Shown: positions 28,850 to 37,292 of the stretch, in pieces
Layout: every line of letters starts with the position of its first letter
How positions within the stretch are numbered: the first letter of the stretch is position 1
Origin: an uncultured Gammaproteobacteria bacterium
GTDB taxonomy: Bacteria > Patescibacteriota > Microgenomatia > UBA8517
DNA: 64,000 nt
Assembly: GCA_964422865.1 (NCBI GenBank)
Contig: CAYRCU010000002.1
Location: forward strand, 8,323 to 72,322
Direction of reading: 5' to 3'
Translations under genes and position numbers: made by a program
Notes under the pieces: model-generated
What the model was told of the DNA's origin: nothing
The model's database searches: none
The model's input: the letters and a program-made list of their open reading frames with translations, nothing else

Positions 28850-28922
28850 GCCAGGGTAGCTCAGTTGGTAGAGCACAGGATTCATAAACCTGCGGTCGCG
28901 AGTTCGATCCTCGCCCCTGGTA
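28850..28922 (+). tRNA. tRNA with anticodon CAT (Met or Ile2-lysidine type)
   Basis: GCCAGGG acceptor, TAGCTCAGTTGGTAGAGC D arm, anticodon loop TTCATAA, T arm GCGAG-TTCGATC-CTCGC, 3' CCCTGGT. Confidence 0.7.
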
Positions 28923-28927
28923 CTTTT

Positions 28928-29941
28928 ATGAAAAAGAAAAGAGTTTTGAGTGGTATTGCTCCCAGCGGGAAGGGGCTGCATGTGGGTAATTATTTTGGTG
29001 CGGTGAAGCCCCAAATTGAGCTTCAAGATTCGGCGGACTATGAAGTTTATTATTTTGTGGCTGATCTTCATGGGCTTACTACCGTTCAGAATCGAAGCGA
29101 GCTGGAGGAGAATGTTTTGAGTGTGATTTTGGACTATTTGGCTTTGGGTCTTGACCCCAAGAAGTGCGTTTTTTTTAAGCAGAGTGATGTTGCTGCTCAC
29201 TGCCAGCTTTCTGTTGTTCTTTCTAATTACACTCCGTATGGGCAGATGAAGAGAATGCATGCTTTTAAGGATAAGCTTCAGGAAGGTACGCGTGTTGACT
29301 CCATTAATATGGGACTTTTTAATTATCCGATACTTATGGCTGCTGATATATTGGCATATAAACCTGACGTGGTACCTGTGGGTGAGGATCAGAAACAGCA
29401 TGTTGAGCTTGCCCGGGATGTTGCGGGAAGGTTTAACAGGGTGTATAACAAGGAAATATTCCCGCTTCCTGCACCTTTGATTTCAAGGAGCACCGGAAGA
29501 ATTGTGGGGACCGATGGGAAGCGCAAGATGAGTAAAAGCCTTGGAAATGTGATCGGGATTTTTGAAGATGAGGAGGAAATTAAGAGGCAGATAATGAGCT
29601 CTTATACCGATCCCAAGAGGAAAAGGGTGTCGGACCCCGGGAGAGTTGAGGGAAATCCTATTTTTTTGTATCACGATTTAATTAATGATGACAAGCGTGA
29701 GGTTGAAGATTTGAAGAGGAGATATAAAAAAGGGAAAGTGGGGGATGTGGAGGTGAAGGAAAGGCTTTTTGAGGCGCATATGCGTTTTTTTAGACAGGCC
29801 AGGAAAAAAAGGCTTGCGCTTGAAAATGATTTAGGGAAAGTGAAGGCGATTTTGCGGGAGGGAGCCGGGAGAGCAAGCAGAGTTGCTAATGAAACCTTGA
29901 GTGAAGTGTATGAGATTATTGGAATTAAGGGCAGTTTATAA
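28928..29941 (+). CDS. trpS: tryptophan--tRNA ligase
   Basis: VLSGIAPSGKGLHVGNYFG (HIGH-class N-terminus as in TrpS) and KMSKSLGN. Confidence 0.9.
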   Translation: MKKKRVLSGIAPSGKGLHVGNYFGAVKPQIELQDSADYEVYYFVADLHGLTTVQNRSELEENVLSVILDYLALGLDPKKCVFFKQSDVAAHCQLSVVLSNYTPYGQMKRMHAFKDKLQEGTRVDSINMGLFNYPILMAADILAYKPDVVPVGEDQKQHVELARDVAGRFNRVYNKEIFPLPAPLISRSTGRIVGTDGKRKMSKSLGNVIGIFEDEEEIKRQIMSSYTDPKRKRVSDPGRVEGNPIFLYHDLINDDKREVEDLKRRYKKGKVGDVEVKERLFEAHMRFFRQARKKRLALENDLGKVKAILREGAGRASRVANETLSEVYEIIGIKGSL

Positions 29942-29947
29942 CTTAGT

Positions 29948-31798
29948 ATGGCAGCAAAGAAAAAGAAAGTTGAGGTGAAGGTTCGGATAAATCTTCGAAG
30001 ATTGATGTGGGCGGGTGTGGCTGGATTTTTTGTTCTTGCGTTTCTTCTTTCTTTTCTTCAAACGAAAATTGATGAGGGGCAGTTGGAGCTTTCAGGACTT
30101 TTAAGGGATATTCGAGACGGGAAGGTGGAGCGGGTGGAAGTTCAGGAGGAAAAGCTTATTGTGAAGTACAAGGACGGAGAGATCAAATTTTCCGTTAAAG
30201 AGCCAACAATTTCTTTTCCGGAGCTTCTTGCGGAGGCGCAGATTGAGCCTGATGCCGTGGAGTATGTTGTGGTGGACCAGACAATAGTGAAACTTGTCTC
30301 AGGTGTTTTGGGAGTGATCTTGCCGATAATTTTAATGGGGGGGCTTTTATGGTTTCTTTTTAGAAGTCAGGCAAAGGGAGCTCGCGACATCTTTAGTTTT
30401 GGGAAGAGTAAAGCGAAGCTTTTTGCAAAAGGTAAGCAGGATGTGACCTTTGATGATGTTGCAGGAGTGGAGACGGCTAAAAAGGAGCTTGAGGAAGTTG
30501 TGGATTTTCTTAAATCCCCAACTAAATACAGGAAAATTGGTGCAAGGACTCCGAAAGGGGCAATTCTTTTTGGCCCAGCCGGAGTGGGAAAGACTCTTTT
30601 GGCAAAGGCTGTTGCGGGGGAAGCCGGAGTGCCTTTTTTCTCGATGGCGGGAAGTGAGTTTATGGAGATGCTTGTTGGTGTCGGTGCTTCGCGTGTTCGA
30701 GACTTGTTTGCTCAGGCTAAGATGGCTGCTCCTTCGATAATTTTTATTGATGAGATTGATGCTATCGGCAGACAGAGGGGTAGGGGGATTATGGGAGGAC
30801 ACGATGAGCGTGAACAAACTTTAAATCAAATACTTGTTGAGATGGATGGTTTTACTCCTAATGACAATGTGTTTGTAATTGCGGCTACGAACCGCGGCGA
30901 CCTTTTGGATCCGGCGCTTTTAAGGCCCGGCAGATTTGACAGGAGGGTTGCTTTGGATATGCCTGACAAGGAAGGCAGAAAGGCGATTTTGGCGATTCAT
31001 GCTAAGGGTAAGAAGTTTGTGGATGGGATAGATTGGGAGAGGGTTGCCGACAGGACGGTTGGATTTTCGGGTGCGGATTTGGAGAACATGCTTAATGAGG
31101 CTGCAATACTTGCGGCGAGGGACGGAAAGAATAAGATTGAGCCCTCGGATATTGAGGAGGCGGCAACGAAGGTGAAATTAGGCCCGGTTAAAAAGAAACT
31201 TCAGAGTGATGAAGATCGCAGGATTACTGCATTTCATGAAGCGGGGCATGCGGTTGTGACACACTATTTATCAAAAACAGATCCTGTGCAGAAAGTTTCT
31301 ATTGTTGCAAGAGGCATGAGCCTGGGACATACGGAGATTGCCCCAAGTGCCGATAGGTCTCATGAAACTAAAACTCGTATTTTGCAGCAAATTACGGCTT
31401 TACTTGGGGGGAGGGTCGCGGAGGAGGCTGTTTTTGATGAAATGACTGCAGGTGCGGCAAGTGATATAAAAATTGCAACTCGTTATGCGCGGGCCATGGT
31501 TGTGGAGCTTGGAATGAGTGATTTGGGACCCATAAACTTTGGACCGGATGCCCAGTATGCTGATTTTGGAAAGATTACTTCTTATGAGGACTCCGGTATT
31601 TCACCTGCAACGCGTGAGGCAATAGATGAGGAAGTAAAAAAGATTTTTGATGTTTGCAAGAAAGAGGCAGCGGCTATTATTAAGAAAAACAGGAAAAAGC
31701 TGGATGAGGTTGCAGAGGCTCTTCTTTCGGAGGAAACTTTGAACCGTGATGAGTTTGAGAAAATAGTGGGGAAGAAGGTAGAATATAGGGGTGAATAA
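29948..31798 (+). CDS. ftsH: ATP-dependent zinc metalloprotease FtsH
   Basis: N-terminal TMs; AAA motif [23 protein letters not shown]; HEAGHAV zinc site. Confidence 0.9.
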   Translation: MAAKKKKVEVKVRINLRRLMWAGVAGFFVLAFLLSFLQTKIDEGQLELSGLLRDIRDGKVERVEVQEEKLIVKYKDGEIKFSVKEPTISFPELLAEAQIEPDAVEYVVVDQTIVKLVSGVLGVILPIILMGGLLWFLFRSQAKGARDIFSFGKSKAKLFAKGKQDVTFDDVAGVETAKKELEEVVDFLKSPTKYRKIGARTPKGAILFGPAGVGKTLLAKAVAGEAGVPFFSMAGSEFMEMLVGVGASRVRDLFAQAKMAAPSIIFIDEIDAIGRQRGRGIMGGHDEREQTLNQILVEMDGFTPNDNVFVIAATNRGDLLDPALLRPGRFDRRVALDMPDKEGRKAILAIHAKGKKFVDGIDWERVADRTVGFSGADLENMLNEAAILAARDGKNKIEPSDIEEAATKVKLGPVKKKLQSDEDRRITAFHEAGHAVVTHYLSKTDPVQKVSIVARGMSLGHTEIAPSADRSHETKTRILQQITALLGGRVAEEAVFDEMTAGAASDIKIATRYARAMVVELGMSDLGPINFGPDAQYADFGKITSYEDSGISPATREAIDEEVKKIFDVCKKEAAAIIKKNRKKLDEVAEALLSEETLNRDEFEKIVGKKVEYRGE

Positions 31799-32681
31799 GC
31801 TTGTTCTTATAGATGGGAATGCGATACTTCACAGGGCGTATCACGCTTTGCCTCCGTTGACCACGAGGAAAGGGGAGCCGATAAATGCTGTGTACGGATT
31901 TGTGACAATGCTTCTTCGTGTTATTTCTGATCTTGAGCCTGTTTATTTGGTTGTGGCTTTTGATGAGAAGGGACCGACCTTTAGAAATGAGATGGATGAA
32001 GATTATCAGGCTCACAGGCCGGAGGCGGATGAGGAGCTTGTTGGACAGTTTGGAAAAGCCCGTGAGGTTGTAGGAGCTTTTGGAATACCTTTTTTTTCGA
32101 TAGAAGGATATGAGGCCGATGATGTGATTGGGACGATAGTAAAGCGGGTTGAGAATGAAATTGTTATAGTCACCGGAGATAAGGATATTATGCAACTTGT
32201 GAATAAGCGGGTGAAATTATATATGCCCCGTAGGGGTTTGAGTGGTACTGCGCTTGTTGGAGTGGATGAGGTGAAGGAAAAAATGGGGGTGGAGCCGGGT
32301 CAGATTGTGGATTACAAAGCTTTGGTGGGAGACCCGTCGGATAATTATAAGGGGGTTGCCGGGATTGGGCCGAAGACGGCCACGATGCTTCTTAAAAAGT
32401 ATATGACTTTTGAGAGGATATATGAAAGTTTGGAGGAGATAAGCCCTTCTGTGAGAAATAGGTTGGTAGAGGGGAGAGGGAGTGGAGAGCTTTCGCGAAA
32501 GCTTGCCAGAATTATGACTGATGTTCCGATTGAATTTAACATTGAGGATGCCGGAAAATGGAGGGTGGATTGTCCTGAAATAGTTGTTCTTTTTGAGGAA
32601 TGGGGGTTCGGGACGCTTTTATCTAGAATAAGGAAATTGGGGAAGAGGATAAGGGATAGGGGTCAAATGTCTTTGGTATGA
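31791..32681 (+). CDS. 5'-3' exonuclease (stand-alone Pol I N-terminal/FEN-like domain)
   Basis: LVLIDGNAILHRAYHA N-terminus; acidic metal-binding clusters; H3TH region GVAGIGPKTA. Confidence 0.8.
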   Translation: MNKLVLIDGNAILHRAYHALPPLTTRKGEPINAVYGFVTMLLRVISDLEPVYLVVAFDEKGPTFRNEMDEDYQAHRPEADEELVGQFGKAREVVGAFGIPFFSIEGYEADDVIGTIVKRVENEIVIVTGDKDIMQLVNKRVKLYMPRRGLSGTALVGVDEVKEKMGVEPGQIVDYKALVGDPSDNYKGVAGIGPKTATMLLKKYMTFERIYESLEEISPSVRNRLVEGRGSGELSRKLARIMTDVPIEFNIEDAGKWRVDCPEIVVLFEEWGFGTLLSRIRKLGKRIRDRGQMSLV

Positions 32682-33793
32682 AAAGAAAACCAAGAGTTGC
32701 TTTGGTACATGACTATTTGGATGAGTTTGGAGGGGCGGAGAGAGTTCTTTTGGCCCTAAGCAGGATTTATCCCGAGGCTCCTATATATACAATTTATGCG
32801 AGGAAAGGATCTTTTGCTTGGGAAAAATTTAAAGACAAAAGGATTGTGGAAAGCTGGTTTGCAAGATTACCTTTTTCACACAGGATTATTTCTCCTTTGA
32901 GATTTCTTTTGCCTTTGATTTGGGGCAGTTTTGATTTTAGTGATTATGACTTGGTGATAACAAGCGCGGCTTGGGCGGTTACCAAAGGAGTGGGGAAGGG
33001 CAGGGCGACGAGAGAGGTTTGCTATCTTCATACGCCGCCAAGGTATTTATACGGGTATGATGCTTCGCGTGAGTGGGGAGGATTATTGGGGGGATTTGTG
33101 AAGGTGTATGCATGTTTTGTAAACCCCTTTATGAGGTGGTATGACAGAAGGCAGGCTCGGAGGGTTGACTTTTTTATTGTTAACTCGAAAAATGTCGGGG
33201 GGCGCGTGGAGAAGATTTACGGGAGGCGTGATTACAGAGTTATTTATCCTCCGGTTGATGTAGAGAAGTTTTTGTCTTTGAAAATAAATGACAGGAGGGA
33301 TGATTATTATTTGTGCGGAGGGAGGCTTGATAAACACAAAAACTTTGGCTTAATTATCAAGGCCTGCAAGAAGGCGGGTGTTAATTTGAAAATTTTTGGT
33401 TTAGGAAATGAGGAAGAAAACTTGAAAAAACTGAGAGGGGAAAAGACTGAATTCTTGGGAAGAGTTGCTGATAATGAACTAATTTATTACTATAGAGGTG
33501 CAAAGGCATTTTTGGTTTCCGGGGCAGATGAGGATTTTGGAATAACTCCAATAGAGGCGGCAGCTTCCGGGTGCCCCACAATTGCTTATAAGGGAGGAGG
33601 GTATTTGGAGAGTGTTGTTGAAGGCAAGACGGGGATATTTTTTGAAAAGTTAACTGTGGGCAGTGTGGCTTTTGCAATAAAGAAGTTTGAGAGAATGAAA
33701 TTTAATGAAGAGACGTTGAGAGCGCATGCTAAAAAGTTTAGTGAAGAGAGATTTGAAAGAGAGATAAAGGAGGTGGTTGGAAAATATGCCTGA
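32678..33793 (+). CDS. glycosyltransferase family 4 (GT-B)
   Basis: EDFGITPIEAAASGCPTIA and ESVVEGKTGIFFE C-terminal GT4/GT1 signature. Confidence 0.75.
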   Translation: MKRKPRVALVHDYLDEFGGAERVLLALSRIYPEAPIYTIYARKGSFAWEKFKDKRIVESWFARLPFSHRIISPLRFLLPLIWGSFDFSDYDLVITSAAWAVTKGVGKGRATREVCYLHTPPRYLYGYDASREWGGLLGGFVKVYACFVNPFMRWYDRRQARRVDFFIVNSKNVGGRVEKIYGRRDYRVIYPPVDVEKFLSLKINDRRDDYYLCGGRLDKHKNFGLIIKACKKAGVNLKIFGLGNEEENLKKLRGEKTEFLGRVADNELIYYYRGAKAFLVSGADEDFGITPIEAAASGCPTIAYKGGGYLESVVEGKTGIFFEKLTVGSVAFAIKKFERMKFNEETLRAHAKKFSEERFEREIKEVVGKYA

Positions 33794-34631
33794 GCTTCCA
33801 GAAGTTGAGTTAATTAGGCTCCAGCTTCAAAAATTTTTAGTGGGGCATGTTGTTGAGAGAGTGGAGGTGAAGACGGCAAGCATTTTGCAAGGTGATGCCA
33901 AGAAGCTCGAGGGAGGAGAAATAAAGGATGTGAGAAGGTTTGGAAAGGTTGTGGTTTGTGATTTATCAAACGGCTATTCGTTTATGATTCATGTAAAACT
34001 TACGGGTCAGCTTATTTATCGAGGTTTGAGGTTAAAAAGTCCGAGTTTAAGCAAGAAGATTGTTGGTGGGCTTGGTGGGAGGCATACGCATGTTATTTTC
34101 TACCTAAGTGAGGGAGGAAAGTTGTTTTATAATGATGTGAGGAGGTTTGGCTGGATAAAAGTGGTTAAGACAAGCGAGGTTGAGGGGGATGAATTTGTTA
34201 AAAAACTGGGACCTGAGCCGTTGAAGGATTTGTCATACGGTAAATTTACGGAAATTATGCGGAAATCTAGGCGAAATGTGAAGACTTTGCTTATGGATCA
34301 AGCTCGGATTGGGGGAATTGGAAATATTTATGCCAATGATGCTCTGTGGCTTTCCGGGATTGACCCGAGGCGAGCTGCTACTAGTTTGAGCGATGAGGAG
34401 TTGGGGAAGTTGTTTGAGGCTGTAGAGAGTGTTTTGAGAGAGGGCTTGAGACATGGAGGTGCAAGTGAGCTTGCTTTCGTTCGTCCGGATGGTACAGAGG
34501 GAAATTATCAGAATCATTCTTTGGTTTATGGGAAAGAAGGACAGGTTTGTGGGCGATGCGGGAAGGAGAGGATTAAAAAAATTGTGCTTGGAGGGAGAGG
34601 TACCTATATCTGTAAAAAATGTCAGGTTTGA
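33786..34631 (+). CDS. mutM: formamidopyrimidine-DNA glycosylase (Fpg/MutM)
   Basis: MPELPEVE N-terminus (catalytic Pro2); C-terminal CGRCG...CKKC zinc finger. Confidence 0.8.
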   Translation: MPELPEVELIRLQLQKFLVGHVVERVEVKTASILQGDAKKLEGGEIKDVRRFGKVVVCDLSNGYSFMIHVKLTGQLIYRGLRLKSPSLSKKIVGGLGGRHTHVIFYLSEGGKLFYNDVRRFGWIKVVKTSEVEGDEFVKKLGPEPLKDLSYGKFTEIMRKSRRNVKTLLMDQARIGGIGNIYANDALWLSGIDPRRAATSLSDEELGKLFEAVESVLREGLRHGGASELAFVRPDGTEGNYQNHSLVYGKEGQVCGRCGKERIKKIVLGGRGTYICKKCQV

Positions 34632-34655
34632 GGCGGGTTATGTTAAACTTCGGCA

Positions 34656-35708
34656 GTGATTCAAAAGGTTTGGCTTACAAATTTTAGAAATTTTGGTGAT
34701 CGCGTGGTTGAGTTTTCGGAAGGGATTACCGTGGTTTGTGGGGCTAATGCCAGCGGAAAAACAAATGTTTTGGAGGCTTTGTGGCTGCTTTCTACAGGAA
34801 AAAGTTTTAAGGCCAGGATTGAGGAGGAAATGATTTCGTATGGTGAGGAGATAGGAAGAGTTAAGGGGAGGAGTGGTGGGGATACTTTGGAAGTGGTGCT
34901 TACTCGGGGTGAGATTAATGTTGGTACTTCAAGGAGTGAAAGAGTAGCAAGAAAAAGGCTTCTTGTTAATGGGGTGGGGAAGCGCTTGGTGGATTTTGCG
35001 GGCAATTTAAAGTTGGTTTTGTTTGGGCCTTGGGATCTTGAGCTTGTGGTGGCTTCACCAAGTGTTCGAAGAAGGTTTTTGGATGGGGTTTTGGGACAAG
35101 TTGATGGAGAATACAGAAGGGCCCTTTTGTCTTATGAAAAGGGCCTTCGACAGAGAAACAGGCTTTTGGTGCGGATTCGAGAGGAAGGGATTAGCAGGTC
35201 CCATCTTATGTTTTGGGACAGACTTCTTATTAAGAACGGGGATTATATCGGCAGAGCTCGAGAGGAATTATTGAAATTTGTAAATGGAACGGGTGATTTT
35301 AATGGGCAGGACTTTTCGATTGAATATGACGGGAGTTTGATAACGGAGGCCAGATTGGAGCAGTACACGCGTGAGGAGGTGGCTGCTGGAACGACTTTGG
35401 TTGGGCCACACAGAGATGACTTTTGTTTTAGATTGAAAAAGAATGGAAAGGCGAGAGAGCTTGACCGGTACGGGAGTCGTGGAGAGCAGAGGATGGGGGT
35501 TTTGTGGCTCAAGCTATCGGAGCTTGCATTTATTGAAGAAAAAACAGGTGCGAAGCCCACACTTCTTTTGGATGATGTTTTTAGCGAACTTGATGAGGAG
35601 CACAGAGGAGTGGTGACAGAGTTTTCCCGGAAACAACAGACGGTGATTACCACAACAGAGGTGGAATATATGAAAGAGCTTGGAAGTGTTGAAAAAATTG
35701 AGATTTAG
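34656..35708 (+). CDS. recF: DNA replication and repair protein RecF
   Basis: LTNFRNF; Walker A GANASGKTNVLEAL; LLLDDVFSELD signature/Walker B. Confidence 0.85.
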   Translation: MIQKVWLTNFRNFGDRVVEFSEGITVVCGANASGKTNVLEALWLLSTGKSFKARIEEEMISYGEEIGRVKGRSGGDTLEVVLTRGEINVGTSRSERVARKRLLVNGVGKRLVDFAGNLKLVLFGPWDLELVVASPSVRRRFLDGVLGQVDGEYRRALLSYEKGLRQRNRLLVRIREEGISRSHLMFWDRLLIKNGDYIGRAREELLKFVNGTGDFNGQDFSIEYDGSLITEARLEQYTREEVAAGTTLVGPHRDDFCFRLKKNGKARELDRYGSRGEQRMGVLWLKLSELAFIEEKTGAKPTLLLDDVFSELDEEHRGVVTEFSRKQQTVITTTEVEYMKELGSVEKIEI

Positions 35709-35723
35709 TGGTATTTTTGCTCT

Positions 35724-35966
35724 ATGGAACGTAGGGAAAGGGAAATAGTTCAGAAACCTTTACCTGGTGAAGTGGGTAAGGGGTTGCCGGAGATTCGTAC
35801 GGGGGTTTATGTGGAAGAGGAGAATGGGGGCAGGGGTGATACAATTGGTGAAAGGACAAAGTTTGAACCTTCGTTGTCCGTACAGTACTCTTCCAATGCT
35901 CTTGAAGAAAAGGAGGAGTGGGCTGCAAAAATATATGAAAGGCTGGGGCACCCTAAAACTTCTTAG
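35724..35966 (+). CDS. hypothetical small acidic protein
   Basis: 80 aa ORF between recF and the Fic gene; no family recognised; could be non-coding. Confidence 0.2.
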   Translation: MERREREIVQKPLPGEVGKGLPEIRTGVYVEEENGGRGDTIGERTKFEPSLSVQYSSNALEEKEEWAAKIYERLGHPKTS

Positions 35967-36001
35967 GGTGGTGCAAATTTCTTACTTGTATTTTCCGCAA
36001 A

Positions 36002-37087
36002 ATGTGCAACAATTGTTGTACTATGTACACTCCGAGGTTTAGCATATCGAACAAGATATTAACTAATATAGGGCAAATTGAGGCTGCTAGGGAGGTTGTT
36101 GAGAATGCTCCTCTGGTCCCTGATTTTGAGCGTGATTTTAAGACCGATGCTGTTGTGAGACAGGTTTATCACGGAACTCATATTGAGGGGAATGACTTGA
36201 CTTTAGATCAGACAAAACAGGTTTTGGAAGGGGAGCAGATTTTTGGGAGGGACAGAGATGTGCAGGAGGTAATAAATTATAGGAATGTTGTCAGATTACT
36301 TGACGATTTGGCTTCAAAACGTGGAGGATATGATTTGAATGACTTGCTGGAGATTCATAAGCTTACGGTTGACAGGCTGGTTCCTTACGGGAAAGCGGGA
36401 GTGTTGAGGAGCACTAAGGTTATCATCCGGGAGGAAGGCACCGGAAAGGTTATTTTGGAGCCGCCTGCGCCGGAACATGTGCAGGCTCTTCTTTTGGAGT
36501 TTTTTTCTTGGCTTAATGGGCAAGAGTCTATTGAAATGCATCCTGTCATTAAGGCGGGTGTAGTTCATTATGTTTTGGTAGCGATTCATCCGTTTGTTGA
36601 GGGGAACGGGAGAGCCGCAAGAGCTTTTGCCAGTCTTGTGATGGTAAGAGAAGGGTATGATACAAAGCGTTTTTTTGCGATTGAGGAACACTTTGACCGC
36701 GATTTGGATCGTTATTATGAGGCCTTTTTCTTGGTTGACAGACAAAGCGTGAATGTTTTTGAGAGAGATATGACTCCCTGGCTTGAATATTTTACCGAAA
36801 CTGTGGCTGTTGAGCTAAACAAAATTAAGGAGAAGGTCAGAAATTTGAGTATTGATTCCAGGCTTAGAATTAAAGTTGGTCAGCAGGTGGCGCTTAGTGC
36901 CCGGCAGGTGAAGCTTATTGAATATTTGACTGAAAAGGGAATGGCTGTGATGAGAGATCTGAAGGAAGTTATACCAATGGTATCGGAAGATACGATTTTG
37001 CGTGACCTGAAAGATCTCCAAGACAAGGGTATAATAGAGAAGGAAGGGAGTACAAAAGCTTCCCGGTATGTGATACGTTCTAAGTAG
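36002..37087 (+). CDS. Fic family protein (Fido domain, AMPylation-type) with C-terminal wHTH
   Basis: Canonical HPFVEGNGRAARAF Fic motif; N-terminal THIEGN inhibitory-helix-like segment; C-terminal DNA-binding-like region. Confidence 0.8.
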   Translation: MCNNCCTMYTPRFSISNKILTNIGQIEAAREVVENAPLVPDFERDFKTDAVVRQVYHGTHIEGNDLTLDQTKQVLEGEQIFGRDRDVQEVINYRNVVRLLDDLASKRGGYDLNDLLEIHKLTVDRLVPYGKAGVLRSTKVIIREEGTGKVILEPPAPEHVQALLLEFFSWLNGQESIEMHPVIKAGVVHYVLVAIHPFVEGNGRAARAFASLVMVREGYDTKRFFAIEEHFDRDLDRYYEAFFLVDRQSVNVFERDMTPWLEYFTETVAVELNKIKEKVRNLSIDSRLRIKVGQQVALSARQVKLIEYLTEKGMAVMRDLKEVIPMVSEDTILRDLKDLQDKGIIEKEGSTKASRYVIRSK

Positions 37088-37092
37088 AAAAG

Positions 37093-37287
37093 ATGATCCT
37101 GTCCGACCCAAGATTTTTATATATGACTTTAGTGTTACCCGGTTTGTTTGGGCTGATTTTGATTGGAGAGGGAGTGGGAAAAATGCTTAACCAGGATTGG
37201 TATGGGGTGGTGAGTTTTGTTTTTGGGATTCTTTTCATCCTGGTCGTTTTGGGGGTGTATTTGTTCTTTTCGATGGAAATTAAATAG
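37093..37287 (+). CDS. small membrane protein (hypothetical)
   Basis: 64 aa with two hydrophobic helices, lying between the Fic and ligase genes. Confidence 0.3.
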   Translation: MILSDPRFLYMTLVLPGLFGLILIGEGVGKMLNQDWYGVVSFVFGILFILVVLGVYLFFSMEIK

Positions 37288-37292
37288 TTGTA

